64,000 nucleotides of DNA from Eledone cirrhosa (lineage: Eukaryota): positions 63,922,001 to 63,986,000 of the forward strand of contig OZ024744.1 in NCBI GenBank assembly GCA_964016885.1. The letters run 5' to 3'. The stretch's first letter is position 1, and each line of letters starts with the position of its first letter. Under the pieces are notes generated by a model. It saw only the letters and a program-made list of their open reading frames with translations. It had not been told where the DNA came from and did not search any database. This document shows positions 12,801 to 25,700 of the stretch, in pieces. The position numbers and the translations under genes were made by a program.

Positions 12801-13849
12801 ATCCCAACTTCACTGTAGACCCAGTCAGTTGTGACAAGATATGTTTATGATGGGTAGGATTAAAGTGTTGAAAGATACCCCGAAGAAGATCAACATCAAC
12901 ACTGAAACATAAATAGGAGAATCTTGCAACAGACAGACCCCAGTGGCAAAATCTGATTGATACCAGTATTAAGGAATTTAAAAGAAACAGAGGATCTCTG
13001 TTGAGGTGGAGTGTGCAGCTAAATATATAGTGGGTGTTAGTATGTTCCCAGAATGGGATTCAAAAGAGACTCTTATCTGTGGGGGATCCAGACGTGTATG
13101 TATGTCAAAGACTGAGCTACTAAGTCATATCAAACACCATACTCGTGGAAATAACAACTACAGATGGGCTAACACAGCGCAACACAGCATGCCATACCAA
13201 TCAAATGCAAGCAGACAGGAAACTTACTTGTACACTGTGTGGTATGGCATGTAAGTCACTTCTTGGGTTGGTGAGACATTTAACCCTTTAGCATTTACAT
13301 TACTCTATATTTACTATTATACTTTCACGGTAAAGATTTTATCTCACATATTATCTCACATAATATCTCATGATATAGAATCTATGAGATTTTGATATTA
13401 TTTATTTTGAGAACAATACCTTAACATTGGTATGAGCAGCCACTTAGAGTCAGTTTCAACAGAAGGCGGCGAGAGAATTCTGGCCAGATATGGCTGGTGT
13501 AAATGCAATATCAATAACACATTTTTTGCCAATGTCTGTTACTTTTTTTTTTTTTGTTCTAAGAAGTGACTGTATTCAGACACGAGTTGGCTTCTACTTT
13601 GTACAGAGAAAGATGTTAACAAAAGAAGAGAGAGAGTAAGAAAGAGAATGAAAGAGTTAGTTCTTTTGTTGGGTCATTAACAAATTAACTTGATTCATTT
13701 TTCAGGATTTTCTAATAGTCTTTTGATCGTTGCTTTTCCTGTTCGGGTGAAATGCCAACAAGACCAGTGCAACTATATACATACACACAAACAGAAGCAA
13801 ATATACTTCCACACACGCACACACACACACACACACTTCCTCCTTGCTT

Positions 13850-14560
13850 AATAATTCTAAAATTGGTACAAGGCCAGAAATTATATCAACCCCAGTACTT
13901 AACTGGTTCTTTATTTTATCCAAAGTTGACGTCAGCCTGATTTGAACTCAGAATGTAAAGGGCTGTAACTATATGCTACAAAGCATGGTGTCCAATGTTT
14001 TACCAATACTGCCAATCCTAGTAATAATTGTTGCTACTTTTGGCACAAGGCCAGCAATTACCCAGTACATTAATGGTACTTTATTTTATCAACCCCCGTA
14101 AGGATGAAAGGCAAAGTCAACCTCGGCGGGATTTGAACTCAGACCATAAAGGGCCGTAACTCTTTGCTTGCAAAGCATGGCGTCTGACACTCTACCTATA
14201 CTGCCAATCCACCGGTAATAATTGTTTCTACTTTAGGCACAAGGCCAGCAATTACCCAGTGTATTACTGGTACTTTATTTTATCGACCCCATAAGGATGA
14301 AAGGCAAAGTCAACCTCGGCGACTATTGTCAGGAATGTGGCACAAGTAAATCCAAAGACTGGTGTATCAGTTCTAATACTAATAATAGATGTTATTTTCA
14401 AAATGGAGCACAGATAAGTTTAAAGACACAGTTTTTAATAATGTGCCAGTACTACTAATAATTGTTTCTACTATTGGCACAAGGCCAGCAATTATCCCAG
14501 TGTATTACTGGTACTTTATTTTATCGACCCCGTAAGGATGAAAGCAAAGTCAACCTCGGC
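13850..14560 (-). mobile_element. cluster of Meta-like SINE copies
   Basis: Same core and TAA-run junctions as 8385-9300. Confidence 0.75.
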
Positions 14561-15771
14561 TAGTACTACTAATAATAATAACTAATGTTAGCCCTAACTA
14601 TAGTTAAATAAAAATTCTAAGAAATTAACAGATTTTATTGTCAAGAATGTGCTACAAGAACCTCTAAATCCAGTTTTCAGAGGTAGAGCAAAGAGACTAT
14701 ATCATGATCAATGAGGTAACTATGAGCTGTGGTTATTTATAGTTGAACACTATTACTCATAAATTAAAACCAGTCTCAAGCCAAGAGGCTCATCAAGCCA
14801 GTGTTTATCCTAGTTTCATTGGTGTTAAGTGACTGAGAGTACAAGATTTCCTCATGGACAGGACACCAGTCTGTTGCTGGGTTAATCCCCTACAACTGCT
14901 GGTACTCATTTTCAGAGGAGTGGACTGGAACAACGTGAAATGAAGTATTTTGTTCAAGAACATAACCCACCACTCAGTCCATAAAGAACCCACAAGATTA
15001 TGATTGAAAGTCCAACATGTTAACCACTAGACCACATACATTAATAAGATAATAGACAGGTAACTATCACTCCTATAAAAATTTCCATTTTCTTTTCTGA
15101 CAAAGTAAATAGCTGCTGTGTTTCTGTTTTATGTTTGCCATGGGTCAACTTTATAATACATTGTTAGTCAAACAAATCTGCTGCTTAGATATCATATGAT
15201 TAATTCTCTGACATATTGCAGACTTTAATGTTATTGTTTGTTTCCCTTCTACACTGCCATTTTATATCATAAAGCAGAACCAAATAAACAGTAAAACCAT
15301 TAATTTATACAGTTTCTGCTTTCTTCTTTATCTTTCTCCTTTCTTTTGTTTTGTTCTCGAGTTTCTTTGTCACCTAAATTTCATCAATTAAAATTGCAAT
15401 ATTGTACTTTAGACAAGTGTCCTAGTCTTGGGCCAACAAAAGCCTTGTAGGTAAAATTTGGTTGATGGAAACCATTGTGGAAGTTTGTCAAAGAGTTATC
15501 CTGTTCTTGGGTGATAGAATTAATCAATCACCTGATTTAACATCTTTACTTGGTCATCAGTTTGCTTTTAGCAGAGTCAAATCTCCAATTTGAGGATAGC
15601 TTACTCCCATCAGACTTGGAGACCCTGAAAAAGTTAACAAATGCTGACCTTCTTCCTTTCATTAACTGCTAAAAAATGATAATAGTAAACTGACATGCGG
15701 TTAGAATCACTGGACTGATTTTACGAGCAAAACCAACCGGCAGGAGACTCAGGGGTAGACTCTGAGCAAGA

Positions 15772-17472
15772 CACCTACATGACACTTTACAGTGTGGACT
15801 GGGTGCTTTTTGTCATGTCACCTACACGATCACCTTACAGTGCAGACGGGTGCTTTTTGTCGTGTCACCTACATGACCACTTTACAGTGTGGACTGGGTG
15901 CTTTTTGTCATGTCACCTACACGATCACCTTACAGTGCAGACGGGTGCTTTTTGTCGTGTCACCTACATGACCACTTTACAGTGTATATTGGGTGCTTTT
16001 TGTCATGTCACCTACATGTCCACTTTACAGTGTGTATTGGATGCTTTTTGTCATGTCACCTACATGTCCACTTTACAGTGTGTATTGGATGCTTTTTGTC
16101 ATGTCACCTACATGTCCACTTTACAGTGTGTATTGGATGCTTTTTGTCATGTCACCTACATGTCCACTTTACAGTGTGTATTGGATGCTTTTTGTCATGT
16201 CACCTACATGTCCACTTTACAGTGTGTATTGGATGCTTTTTGTCATGTCACCTACATGTCCACTTTACAGTGTGTATTGGATGCTTTTTGTCATGTCACC
16301 TACATGTCCACTTTAGAGTGTGTATTGGATGCTTTTTGTCATGTCACCTACATGTCCACTTTACAGTGTGTATTGGATGCTTTTTGTCATGTCACCTACA
16401 TGTCCACTTTACAGTGTGTATTGGATGCTTTTTGTCATGTCACCTACATGTCCACTTTACAGTGTGTATTGGATGCTTTTTGTCATGTCACCTACATGTC
16501 CACTTTACAGTGTGTATTGGATGCTTTTTGTCATGTCACCTACATGACCACTTTAGAGTGTGTATTGGATGCTTTTTGTTGTGTCACCTACATGTCCACT
16601 TTACAGTGTGTATTGGATGCTTTTTGTCATGTCACCTACATGTCCACTTTAGAGTGTGTATTGGATGCTTTTTGTCATGTCACCTACATGTCCACTTTAC
16701 AGTGTGTATTGGATGCTTTTTGTCATGTCACCTACATGTCCACTTTACAGTGTGTATTGGATGCTTTTTGTCATGTCACCTACATGTCCACTTTACAGTG
16801 TGTATTGGATGCTTTTTGTCATGTCACCTACATGACCACTTTAGAGTGTGTATTGGATGCTTTTTGTTGTGTCACCTACATGTCCACTTTACAGTGTGTA
16901 TTGGATGCTTTTTGTCATGTCACCTACATGTCCACTTTAGAGTGTGTATTGGATGCTTTTTGTCATGTCACCTACATGTCCACTTTACAGTGTGTATTGG
17001 ATGCTTTTTGTCATGTCACCTACATGTCCACTTTACAGTGTGTATTGGATGCTTTTTGTCATGTCACCTACATGTCCACTTTACAGTGTGTATTGGATGC
17101 TTTTTGTCATGTCACCTACATGTCCACTTTACAGTGTGTATTGGATGCTTTTTGTCATGTCACCTACATGACCACTTTAGAGTGTGTATTGGATGCTTTT
17201 TGTCATGTCACCTACATGTCCACTTTACAGTGTGTATTGGATGCTTTTTGTCATGTCACCTACATGTCCACTTTACAGTGTGTATTGGATGCTTTTTGTC
17301 ATGTCACCTACATGTCCACTTTACAGTGTGTATTGGATGCTTTTTGTCATGTCACCTACATGTCCACTTTACAGTGTGCATTGGATGCTTTTTGCCGTGT
17401 CACCTACATGACCACTTTAGAGTGTGGGGTTGGTGCTTTTTGCTGTCTCTCCTAAATAACCACTTTACAGTG
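15772..17472. repeat. 48-bp tandem satellite (about 35 copies) derived from the RTE/SINE 3'UTR subrepeat
   Basis: Unit CACCTACATGTCCACTTTACAGTGTGTATTGGATGCTTTTTGTCATGT, similar to the subrepeats at 7790-7900 (minus), 30455-30560, 33165-33235 and 44110-44310. Confidence 0.95.
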
Positions 17473-18589
17473 GTCAATAATATATATTCCATAACCCTTG
17501 TATAACAAGCAGGATCTTCTAAATAATTAAAGATAATATATGTCATCCATTTAACTAACCAGATTCCATTGATTCCACCTGTTGATATATAATCCCTTTC
17601 TCCTATTACTATTGTTAGCAGCTGTTGTCATTCTCATTAAATTAGATCAATAAATCTAGTTTGAATAGTTTATCATAGCTATTCCTGAACCAAAATAAAA
17701 CCATGACAAGTAATATTGCCAACACAACAACTAACTTCTATAATCTGTACATCGTTAATTATGGGTACACAGACAGGCTAAGAGAGAAAAAAGATTTTGT
17801 GTGAAATAAACTTTGTCTAATCTGGTGATGGTTCCAAAGAAATAACTGATAGCTTCTGTTACTTCAGCGACCTAATTAGTTGCAGACGAAGCAGCTCTGA
17901 AAGCATAAGTATTAGAATAAGGACAGATTGGAGAAAGTTAGCAAAGTTAACAATGAAGATGCTCTCTCTCTCTCCCAACCCTCTCCACCTTCCCCCTCTC
18001 TCTATACACCCTCTCTCTCCCTCTATTTCTCTGAGCTATGAGTAGATTGTATGATGCCTGTGTGTGAAGTGTGATATTGGATGGTAGTGAGATAGGGGCA
18101 ATGAATGAAGAGGGTATGTGAAGGCTAGACAAAAAAAATGAGTTGAGAATGCCATTAGATGTATAACATTAATGTGCATGAATGGTGGAATTTAAATAAG
18201 TTAAATGAAAGACTAAGTATAAGAGGAATCAAATGTAGTGTGCAGAAAAAGAGACAGTGATGGTTTGGACATGAGATGAATATGGATGATCACTGGCTAA
18301 CAAAAACATGCCAGGAGTTCCAAGTGAAGGAAACCACAAAAGAGGAAAACCAAAGAAAACTTGGGCTAAAGTGGTGAAAGCTGATCTCATGATGCTGGTT
18401 GCATTTACATATGATCATCTTCACCACTTTTAGTATTCACTACTCTTGACCTTGTCTTTCTTGGTCTTCCTTTTTTCATAGTTTCCTTCCACTTGGCAGT
18501 TCTGGTATTTTTTCAACCAGTAATCATCATCTATACACATTATATATCTTTACCAGAGCAATTTTCTTTCTTGCATGGAATATCTACAT

Positions 18590-18756
18590 CAGGGTTTCCC
18601 AAACTTTTCCAAATGTGGAACCCTTTTTGGTTCAGAAGCTTTTGAGGGAACCCCAAAGTCTAATACTGTTATATGGTCTTAATATAAATATACTCCTCTA
18701 CTTTTTTCATGGAGCACCAACCACTCCTTTGTGGAACCCAGTTTGGGAAACCACTG
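18590..18756. mobile_element. hAT-type MITE with 8-bp TSD
   Basis: Termini CAGGGTTTCCCAAAC...GTTTGGGAAACCACTG, flanked by ATCTACAT on both sides (18582-18589, 18757-18764). Confidence 0.85.
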
Positions 18757-19582
18757 ATCTACATAAACATTATGTCCCACAATGCAGTAGTTTGATGTGT
18801 GAAGTTCAGTGGAACAGGTAACTTACTTTAAAAACACCCCAAAAACAAGTAAACTTTGGTATCAGGAAAGGCATCGAATACCGACCATTGAATACTGCCT
18901 TAAAATATGTTTTCCAGCTAATGCCACTATGGAAAAGCAGATGTAAAACAACAATGTTGATGATAGTCCATCAGTGGAGGCGTGTGACCAAGTGGTAAGA
19001 GTATTGGACTTACGATCATAATGTTGTGGGTTAAATTCCTGGACTAGGTTGTATGGTGTGTTCTTGAGCAAAATACTTCATTTCCCGTTGCTCCAGTATA
19101 CTCAACTGAAAATTAGTACCAGCAACAGCTGGGGATTTAACCCCATGATGGACTGGCATCCTGTCCAGAGGGGATTTTTTTACTCTCAGTCCCTTCACGC
19201 CATGAAACTGGGATAAGCACTAACCTAACAAACCTTAAATGGTTTAAGACAGACTTTAGATCTTTAGATAATTCCATCCAGATTTTGAACTCAGGGTGTA
19301 GAAGGGCAGAACTAATCACTGAAATATTTAAGCCTGGTATTTTGCCCTTTCTGCAAACTTCCAGTTGCTTAAATAAACAATAGAGAAAGCTAGACGTGTT
19401 ATGCTGCTTGGTAAAAGATTTAGTGTTGTAGAAAATTGCTAATGAAAGATAAATAGAACAAGGAAACGGAATATATTTCCTGTTATATTTGTATTTAACT
19501 GGGGGAATTTGTGTTCTTTCTTATAATAGTCACTAACTGTAATTTGAAATTTATTTTGAAAGATTCATTGGTATTCATTGGT

Positions 19583-19616
19583 ATGCAGGTTAAAATATTG
19601 CTTCTACTTTTAGCAG
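19583..19616 (+). CDS. secreted chitin-binding protein, coding exon 1 (signal peptide MQVKILLLLLA)
   Basis: ATG, a hydrophobic run and a strong phase-1 donor G|GTAAGA. It joins in frame to the phase-1 acceptor at 35062 to complete a signal peptide (…LLAGYFAQVNTQA). Confidence 0.6.
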
Positions 19617-19743
19617 GTAAGAAAGTACACAGTGATATTTTTGGTTCATAGTTTAAGACACTGTCTGAAAATATATCTGTTGAATTTATTCTGTTTCCTA
19701 TTGATGTTACAAGAAATATTCTGAAATCCTTTCACTCTATTAC

Positions 19744-19781
<38 letters not shown>

Positions 19782-19782
<1 letters not shown>

Positions 19783-21130
19783 AGTTGCATTTATCTTGCT
19801 TTATGTTCATACGAGTTATCACCAAGTCACAACCAGTGACCTCAAGAGACAACAAGGTCCGCCATGTTCAAGAAAGAACATACATACTCACACATGCATC
19901 TTTAGTGTTTAGACTTGTGATGTACTTATATTGACAGAATCTTCCTTAGTATATGGGCAGTTCCCATTAGTACTATCTTTTGTATTTCTCCTATACGCGC
20001 CCACAACCACTGGTATTGTTTTAGTTCTCAATTTCCACATTTTTCCAATTTCTATCTCCAGGTCCTTATACTTGCTCAATTTTTCAAATGTTTTTATAGA
20101 TACATTCTTGTCTATTGGAACGGACATATCAATTAGCAGGCATACCCTCTTTTTAAAGTCCTTCAATATTATATCAGGTCTATTTGCATCTATTTTTCGG
20201 TCTATTTTTCGGTCACAAGATTGAGATGTGATCTTTTTCAAGTATGGGAGGTGGTTGATGCTCCCACCAATTCCTTTGATGGGGCAGGTCAAAATGCTTA
20301 CACATTATCCAATGTATGTATTGTGCAGCTCTGTCATGCCTGTTTAGGTATTCGGTTGGAGCTATAGGACTGCACATTGAAATTATATGGTCAATGGTCT
20401 CTGGTTGTTTTTTGCACACACGGCATAATGGGCTGCATCCATTTTTTATTATGTTGGCTTGGTAATTTTTTGTTGGCAGACACTGATCTTGTGCTGATAT
20501 AATCAGTCCTTCAGTCTCCGATTTCAGTCCAGAGGATGCCAACCACTGATGGGTTAAAGTTTTGTCAACATCAGGATTGTTAGCTCGTTCTGGGTATTTT
20601 CCATACAGAGGCTTTTCTTGCCATTTCTTAGCCAGTTTCTGCAGTAAATGGGACTTCTGAAATTTGTAGTCCATTACTGTATCTTTGTGCATCTTTTGTA
20701 ATGGAATATGATCTTTTGATGCTTTCGTGTTTCAAAACGAGTTTGATCATCCAATCATGTGATTCCCTTAGATATGTAGATAATCCAATTGTTACAGTTT
20801 TCAACGCAATGTCTAACTGGACTAACCCACGTCCTCCTTCTTTCCTAGGGAGATATATTCTATCTATATCTGCCTTTGGGTGATGCATTCTGTGCATGGT
20901 TAAGAATTTTCTAATTTTTGTATCGAGCCTACGGATCTCTGTGCTTAACCAGTTGATGACATTGTAACTGTAGGTTACTACTGGTATGGCAAGCGTGTTT
21001 ATGGCATCGATCCTATTCCTTGCATTCAATTCCGTTCTTAAGATTGCTCTTACTCTGCGGTAACATTCCTTCCTTATCCTTTCCCTCATTGTCAAGTGCT
21101 TGATTCCGTCTCCTTCACAAACACCTAGAT
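19782..21130 (-). mobile_element. Dong/R4-type RLE non-LTR element, 5'-truncated, flanked by (TAA)n
   Basis: Fragments show the RT thumb (YLGV), CCHC (CRVCKKQPETIDHIISMC), RHD and RLE motifs (NRPDIIL...LIDMSVP...KLSKY). (TTA)n lies on both sides. Confidence 0.85.
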
Positions 21131-21131
21131 A

Positions 21132-21180
<49 letters not shown>

Positions 21181-21187
21181 GTTATTA

Positions 21188-21505
21188 CTCTTTGAGTCTC
21201 AGTCATTGATGTTAGTTAACTGGAAAGTTTGTTGAAATGAATATCAAGCCACTACCTGCAGCCTCAGATATTCAGGACGTATCGGAGGGTTCTTGCTGTT
21301 CCCAGCAAGCATGCCTTTTGAAGCGTTCCAAAAAGCGTGAAGGGGCCAATTATCTTTAACCATCCCTGGAAACTTTTTGAGATAGTCCCTAGTGCGCCTA
21401 CGACAATCGGGATCACTTTGATTTCATGGCAGTTCCAAATCCTTTTTACCTCCCACTTTAAGTCCTGGTATCGGTTAATTTTCTCCCTCTCCTTCTCTTG
21501 CACTC
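21188..21505 (-). mobile_element. second Dong/R4-type family, 3' fragment
   Basis: EKINRYQDLKWEVKRIW...PIVVGALG...LQKACLLGTARTLR RLE C-terminus, between (TTA)n runs. Confidence 0.8.
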
Positions 21506-21533
21506 TATTATTATTATTATTATTATTATTATT

Positions 21534-22545
21534 GGACCACATGTGTGAAGACGTTACAAGTCTGCGGGAGAAAAGGTTAATAATTTTAAGCGGTTTTAAA
21601 GTATCATTTTTTTTGTATTTTCTTGTCGATAACGAAGCATAAGGTACTGACCTTGGTTCCAAGGAGAGGAGAACTCTGAATATTCTGGCTTTAAGCCCGA
21701 ATATTCAGATTTATTTTAAAAAACTTCGAAAAAATCGCTTCCCCCCACCAAAAAAAAAAATTGGAAAATTTCGACCTTGAAACGGTAAACAACGTACAGG
21801 TCAAACGGTAAAAAAACAGCCACTACAGCTCCCACCACTATGACTATTACTACCACAGACATCTCTGTCATCCACTCCACTGAATGTAAAAACAAAACAT
21901 AAGAATTACCAACACTGCTGTTACTATCACAGAAGGGAGCACTTGTCCAATGTCTGTACATTACTGACTTGTGGAGTTATGTTGAACAGCTGTTGTCTCG
22001 TGTAGAACGGATCCGGCTATAGGCCGAGTCCATAGTGAAGATCGACCCGCCACTTTCCTTTGGCCAGGAAGAGCAGGCAATTTTCCTCTGTCTGTGGCCG
22101 TTGCGAAAGAGGTTATATGGTGGACCAGATTGAAAGGACTGAAGACAGACACTTTTCTCTTTGGCTAATCCCTCATCAACTTCTTCAAGTTTCACCTGGA
22201 AAGGAAGGTGAGGGTGGAGAGAGAAGTGCTTCCCCCCAGTACATTTGCTAAAAGGTGGATGAATGTGGCAAGAATGGCCCGTGTGAATGGGCCTACTCTG
22301 ACAATGCGCCTATAGGCTAGCTAACTTGAGGAGAGGGGTGCTCTTCCTGGGTGCCCTAGAAGCGCAGGGTGGTTCAGGATTGGTGGGGTACCTGAGTCAC
22401 CCCTGGGTCGTCCACACCCTATAGGGGAATTTATTTTGTTATATTTATACACAGTTTATTTTATATATGTATATCTTCATTGTTAAATTAGTCTTGCCAT
22501 TGTGCACTTTTACCCTACATGTTGGCCCTTGTGGCTAATAAAATC
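21534..22545 (+). mobile_element. internally deleted Tx1-like element
   Basis: A 5'UTR-like region is fused to about 600 bp homologous to the 3' end of the Tx1 at 22777-28729. (ATT)n lies on both sides. Confidence 0.75.
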
Positions 22546-22563
22546 ATTATTATTATTATTATT

Positions 22564-22750
22564 GGCGGTGGATTGGCAGTATCGGTAGAGGGTGGGTTGC
22601 CATGCTTTGACGTATAGAGTTACGGCCCTTGCCATTCTCAGTTCAAATCCCGCCGAGGTTAACTTTGCCTTTCATCCTTATGGGGTCGATAAAATAAAGT
22701 ACCAGTAATGCTCTGGGTAATTGCTGGCCTTGTGCCCAAAGTAGAAACAA
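22564..22750 (+). mobile_element. full-length tRNA-derived SINE (Meta-like domain)
   Basis: A-box-like TGGCAGTATCGG, B-box GTTCAAATCC, central GCCTTTCATCCTTATGGGGTCGATAAAATAAAGTACC and an (ATT)n tail. Confidence 0.85.
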
Positions 22751-22776
22751 TTATTATTATTATTATTATTATTATT

Positions 22777-25700
22777 GAATGCCATGGTTGACGGAGGTTC
22801 GGCTCTGTAAGGTATTGTAATTTTTAACCGTTATAACAATTTTAAATTATTTAAAACTTGAACCAAATTGTAGATAAAGACATCCTCCTCCTCGTGAGAG
22901 GGGTCTTTCTGCCCGTTATTTGGCCCTTTGGGGTTAAATAACCAGTTATTAGGGTTTTGTGCCCAATATTAATTTTAAACCATAAAAAAACATGACTACA
23001 AAAAAGAATTTTCACAAGTCACTCCCACTCCTTCCGTCTTCTTCTTCCCCAATCGTCATTACGTCAGAGAAAAGATTATCTCTCCCCCTCCCTTCTCTAA
23101 ATGTGGTGTTGCCTCTGTCGCCTCTTTCACAAGGGATGCCATTAAAGAAAATGAAAAATGTAGTTTCTCGTAGCGTTCTTCATCAAGAGAACACGCGTGC
23201 CGTGGAACATTTCTCCACGACGACGAAAGATTTGTGCGCTAAATATGGAAAGCCATTTCATTCGTCTGACGTCATGAAGAATAGCAGCAGCAACTGTAAA
23301 AACAGCAGCAGCAGCAGCAATGACAACAGCAGCAACAACAACAACAACAACAGCAACAGCGGCGGCAGCGGTCGTAGTACCAGCAGCAACAACAAAAGTA
23401 ACAGCAGCTCTGACGACAACAACAACAACAAGAAAGAAAAACCAATCTCGTTTGCAAGTATCACAAAGAACCTGGAAACCATCCTTATAACAAATGAGGA
23501 ATTACAGGAAGCAAAGAAGATGGTGTCGAAAACCGGACACCGAGCAATCTGCAAGGCAGCCAAAAAAATTTTCGAAACCCAACAACATTGTACGGTCACG
23601 TACCGTACAGTAAGCACAAAATCACATAGGGTTGAAAGAGCCACAGAGGCTCAAATACAAAAAGGCTTAGGGTCTGTATGGCAGCGGAAAATGCATATCA
23701 CCCGAGGCAAGAAATATGCCACCTTGGACGTGCTTTTTGCAACACCCCAGGAGGCAAAGGCTCAATCCTTAATGACCCTAAGGAGTGAGTGTTGTTGCCC
23801 TCCTACTGCGGGCAAAAAATAGTGAGGGTCAAACTGACCCAAGTCACTCCTGGGATGGCCCCTTCTTGGCTGGCTGCGTCTGTCCTCAACGGAATCAAGG
23901 ACAAAACAACCGTACTGCAAATACAGAAAAAAGTACGAGAAGATTGGGTCGGCGCCTCAATTGAGATGTTAATTCAAACCAACTAGGAGTGCATCGAAGC
24001 TATCCCGGATGTGATAGACTTCGATAACGGCACTCAACTTCCCATAAGTGTTGAGGGCAAACGCTGGAAATGCTTTCGCAGTGGGTCGAAGACTCACCTC
24101 AGGGCTTTCTGCAATGAGAAGACCCTGAGAAAGGAGAAAACCTCCCTCCTTCCGAAACCAGCTCCACTGCTACCAGCAACAGGACAGGCAGCAAGCAGGA
24201 AGGATAGGTCCGTGGCACCCATACCCACACCACGGAAATCAAGAACAGCAGCAGCAGTGGAAGTATTAACAACAACAGTAATACCAACTGCAGCTGCAAC
24301 AGAGACTCCACTGCAACCATCACCAACAACAACAAGTGAAAGGGTGGAGCTGGTACCCCTCCCCGACCTCACAGAATCGGACATGGAGTGTGAGGTGGGT
24401 GAGGGATGGCAAAAGGTCGCAAGAAGGCACAAACGCAGAAGCAGCGCATCGTCGCCTTTGAAAAAGGAGGAAAGAAATGAAAAAAGGGTAAAGGCTACTG
24501 CAAAGAGACTTACAGCAGCAATACCAGCAACACCATCACCACCCACACTAGCACTACCATCACCCCCGGCGGCAACCCCGCCGCCAACAACAACAACACC
24601 TTCAACACCACCACCACAAGCACCAACATCGTAAACACAACAACAAAACCCACACACCCAGCAACAACGACAAGAAAATAGCAGAACCACACGCCACCCC
24701 CAGGAAAAGAAATGCACAGCAATAAATACACACAACAAGAAACTAATGACTTACATAATTGAACACACAGACATTTCACAGCACGACTGCATAATACCAG
24801 CACCAATCAAAATACCAACGAACATAAGACTGGTAAGAATATGACAGAAACAATACACAAACATTAAAATGAAATTCCCCAACGCAGTTGGTGATTTCAG
24901 AGACCTAGGAGGGACACTCAACCGGAGAGTATACTCGGATATACTCGCAGAAGAGCCGACTACCAGCCGAAGGGACGATTCAACGGTCCCTTCACCAGAC
25001 AATCAAGGTAAGTGATCCTTTCTCACTTGCCCCGTTCCTCACCTAATATGGCCATATTCAGGATCGGAAGTGTAAATGTGCGTGGCTTGAGCTCGGTTTG
25101 GAAGCAGGGTCACTTGCTCAACGACCTCAGGTCACTAAACATAGATGTGGTGGCCATCAGCGAGACGAGAATCTCCGAAACGCAAGCCTTCGCACCGATC
25201 TTCGACGGTTACGAGGTGTACACAACTCCGAGCCGTCCGGCAGCGGGGGTCGGAGTGGCTGTGTTGTTTCGGAAAGGCTTGGGTCTCGCCATACGGACCA
25301 TCTTCCTGGACCCAGAAGGTAAGTTGGTGGTGCTGGACGTAAGCGGCACCAAAGGCAATGCTTTCAGGCTAGTAGCCGTCTATGCCCCGACAGGGACGGG
25401 ACGGCCAGATTTCTTTAGACATCTAGAGGCCTTTCTTGGAACGTCCCACTCTTTAGTGTTAGTGGGCGACTGGAATCGTATCTTGGATGCACCCTGGGAT
25501 TGTGTGGGGCTAGTTGATAGGGGAGGAGGGGGCAAGAGCCTCACCAACCTGCTCAGACGTTTTGAATTTTCTGACAGGTATCGACTGGATCACCCGAATG
25601 TGCCAACATGGACATGGACAAACCACATCGGGTCATCCAGATCGTATCTCGATAGGGTATTCTGCAGAGAACTAGATAAGGCTAGTATAGGTTGTCCACA

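Noticed and set aside
11543-17472. CRISPR-like arrays
   Set aside because: Both arrays are contiguous tandem repeats without unique spacers. There are no cas genes and the DNA is eukaryotic.
15779-17505. 558-aa and 538-aa Cys/His-rich repetitive ORFs (metal-binding protein?)
   Set aside because: Artefact of a 48-bp (3n) tandem unit that is open in several frames. The unit derives from a non-coding LINE/SINE 3'UTR.
22992-24738. Poly-Ser/Asn, poly-Leu, poly-Cys and Pro/Thr-rich ORFs as host genes
   Set aside because: These are low-complexity parts of Tx1 ORF1 and their antisense shadows.
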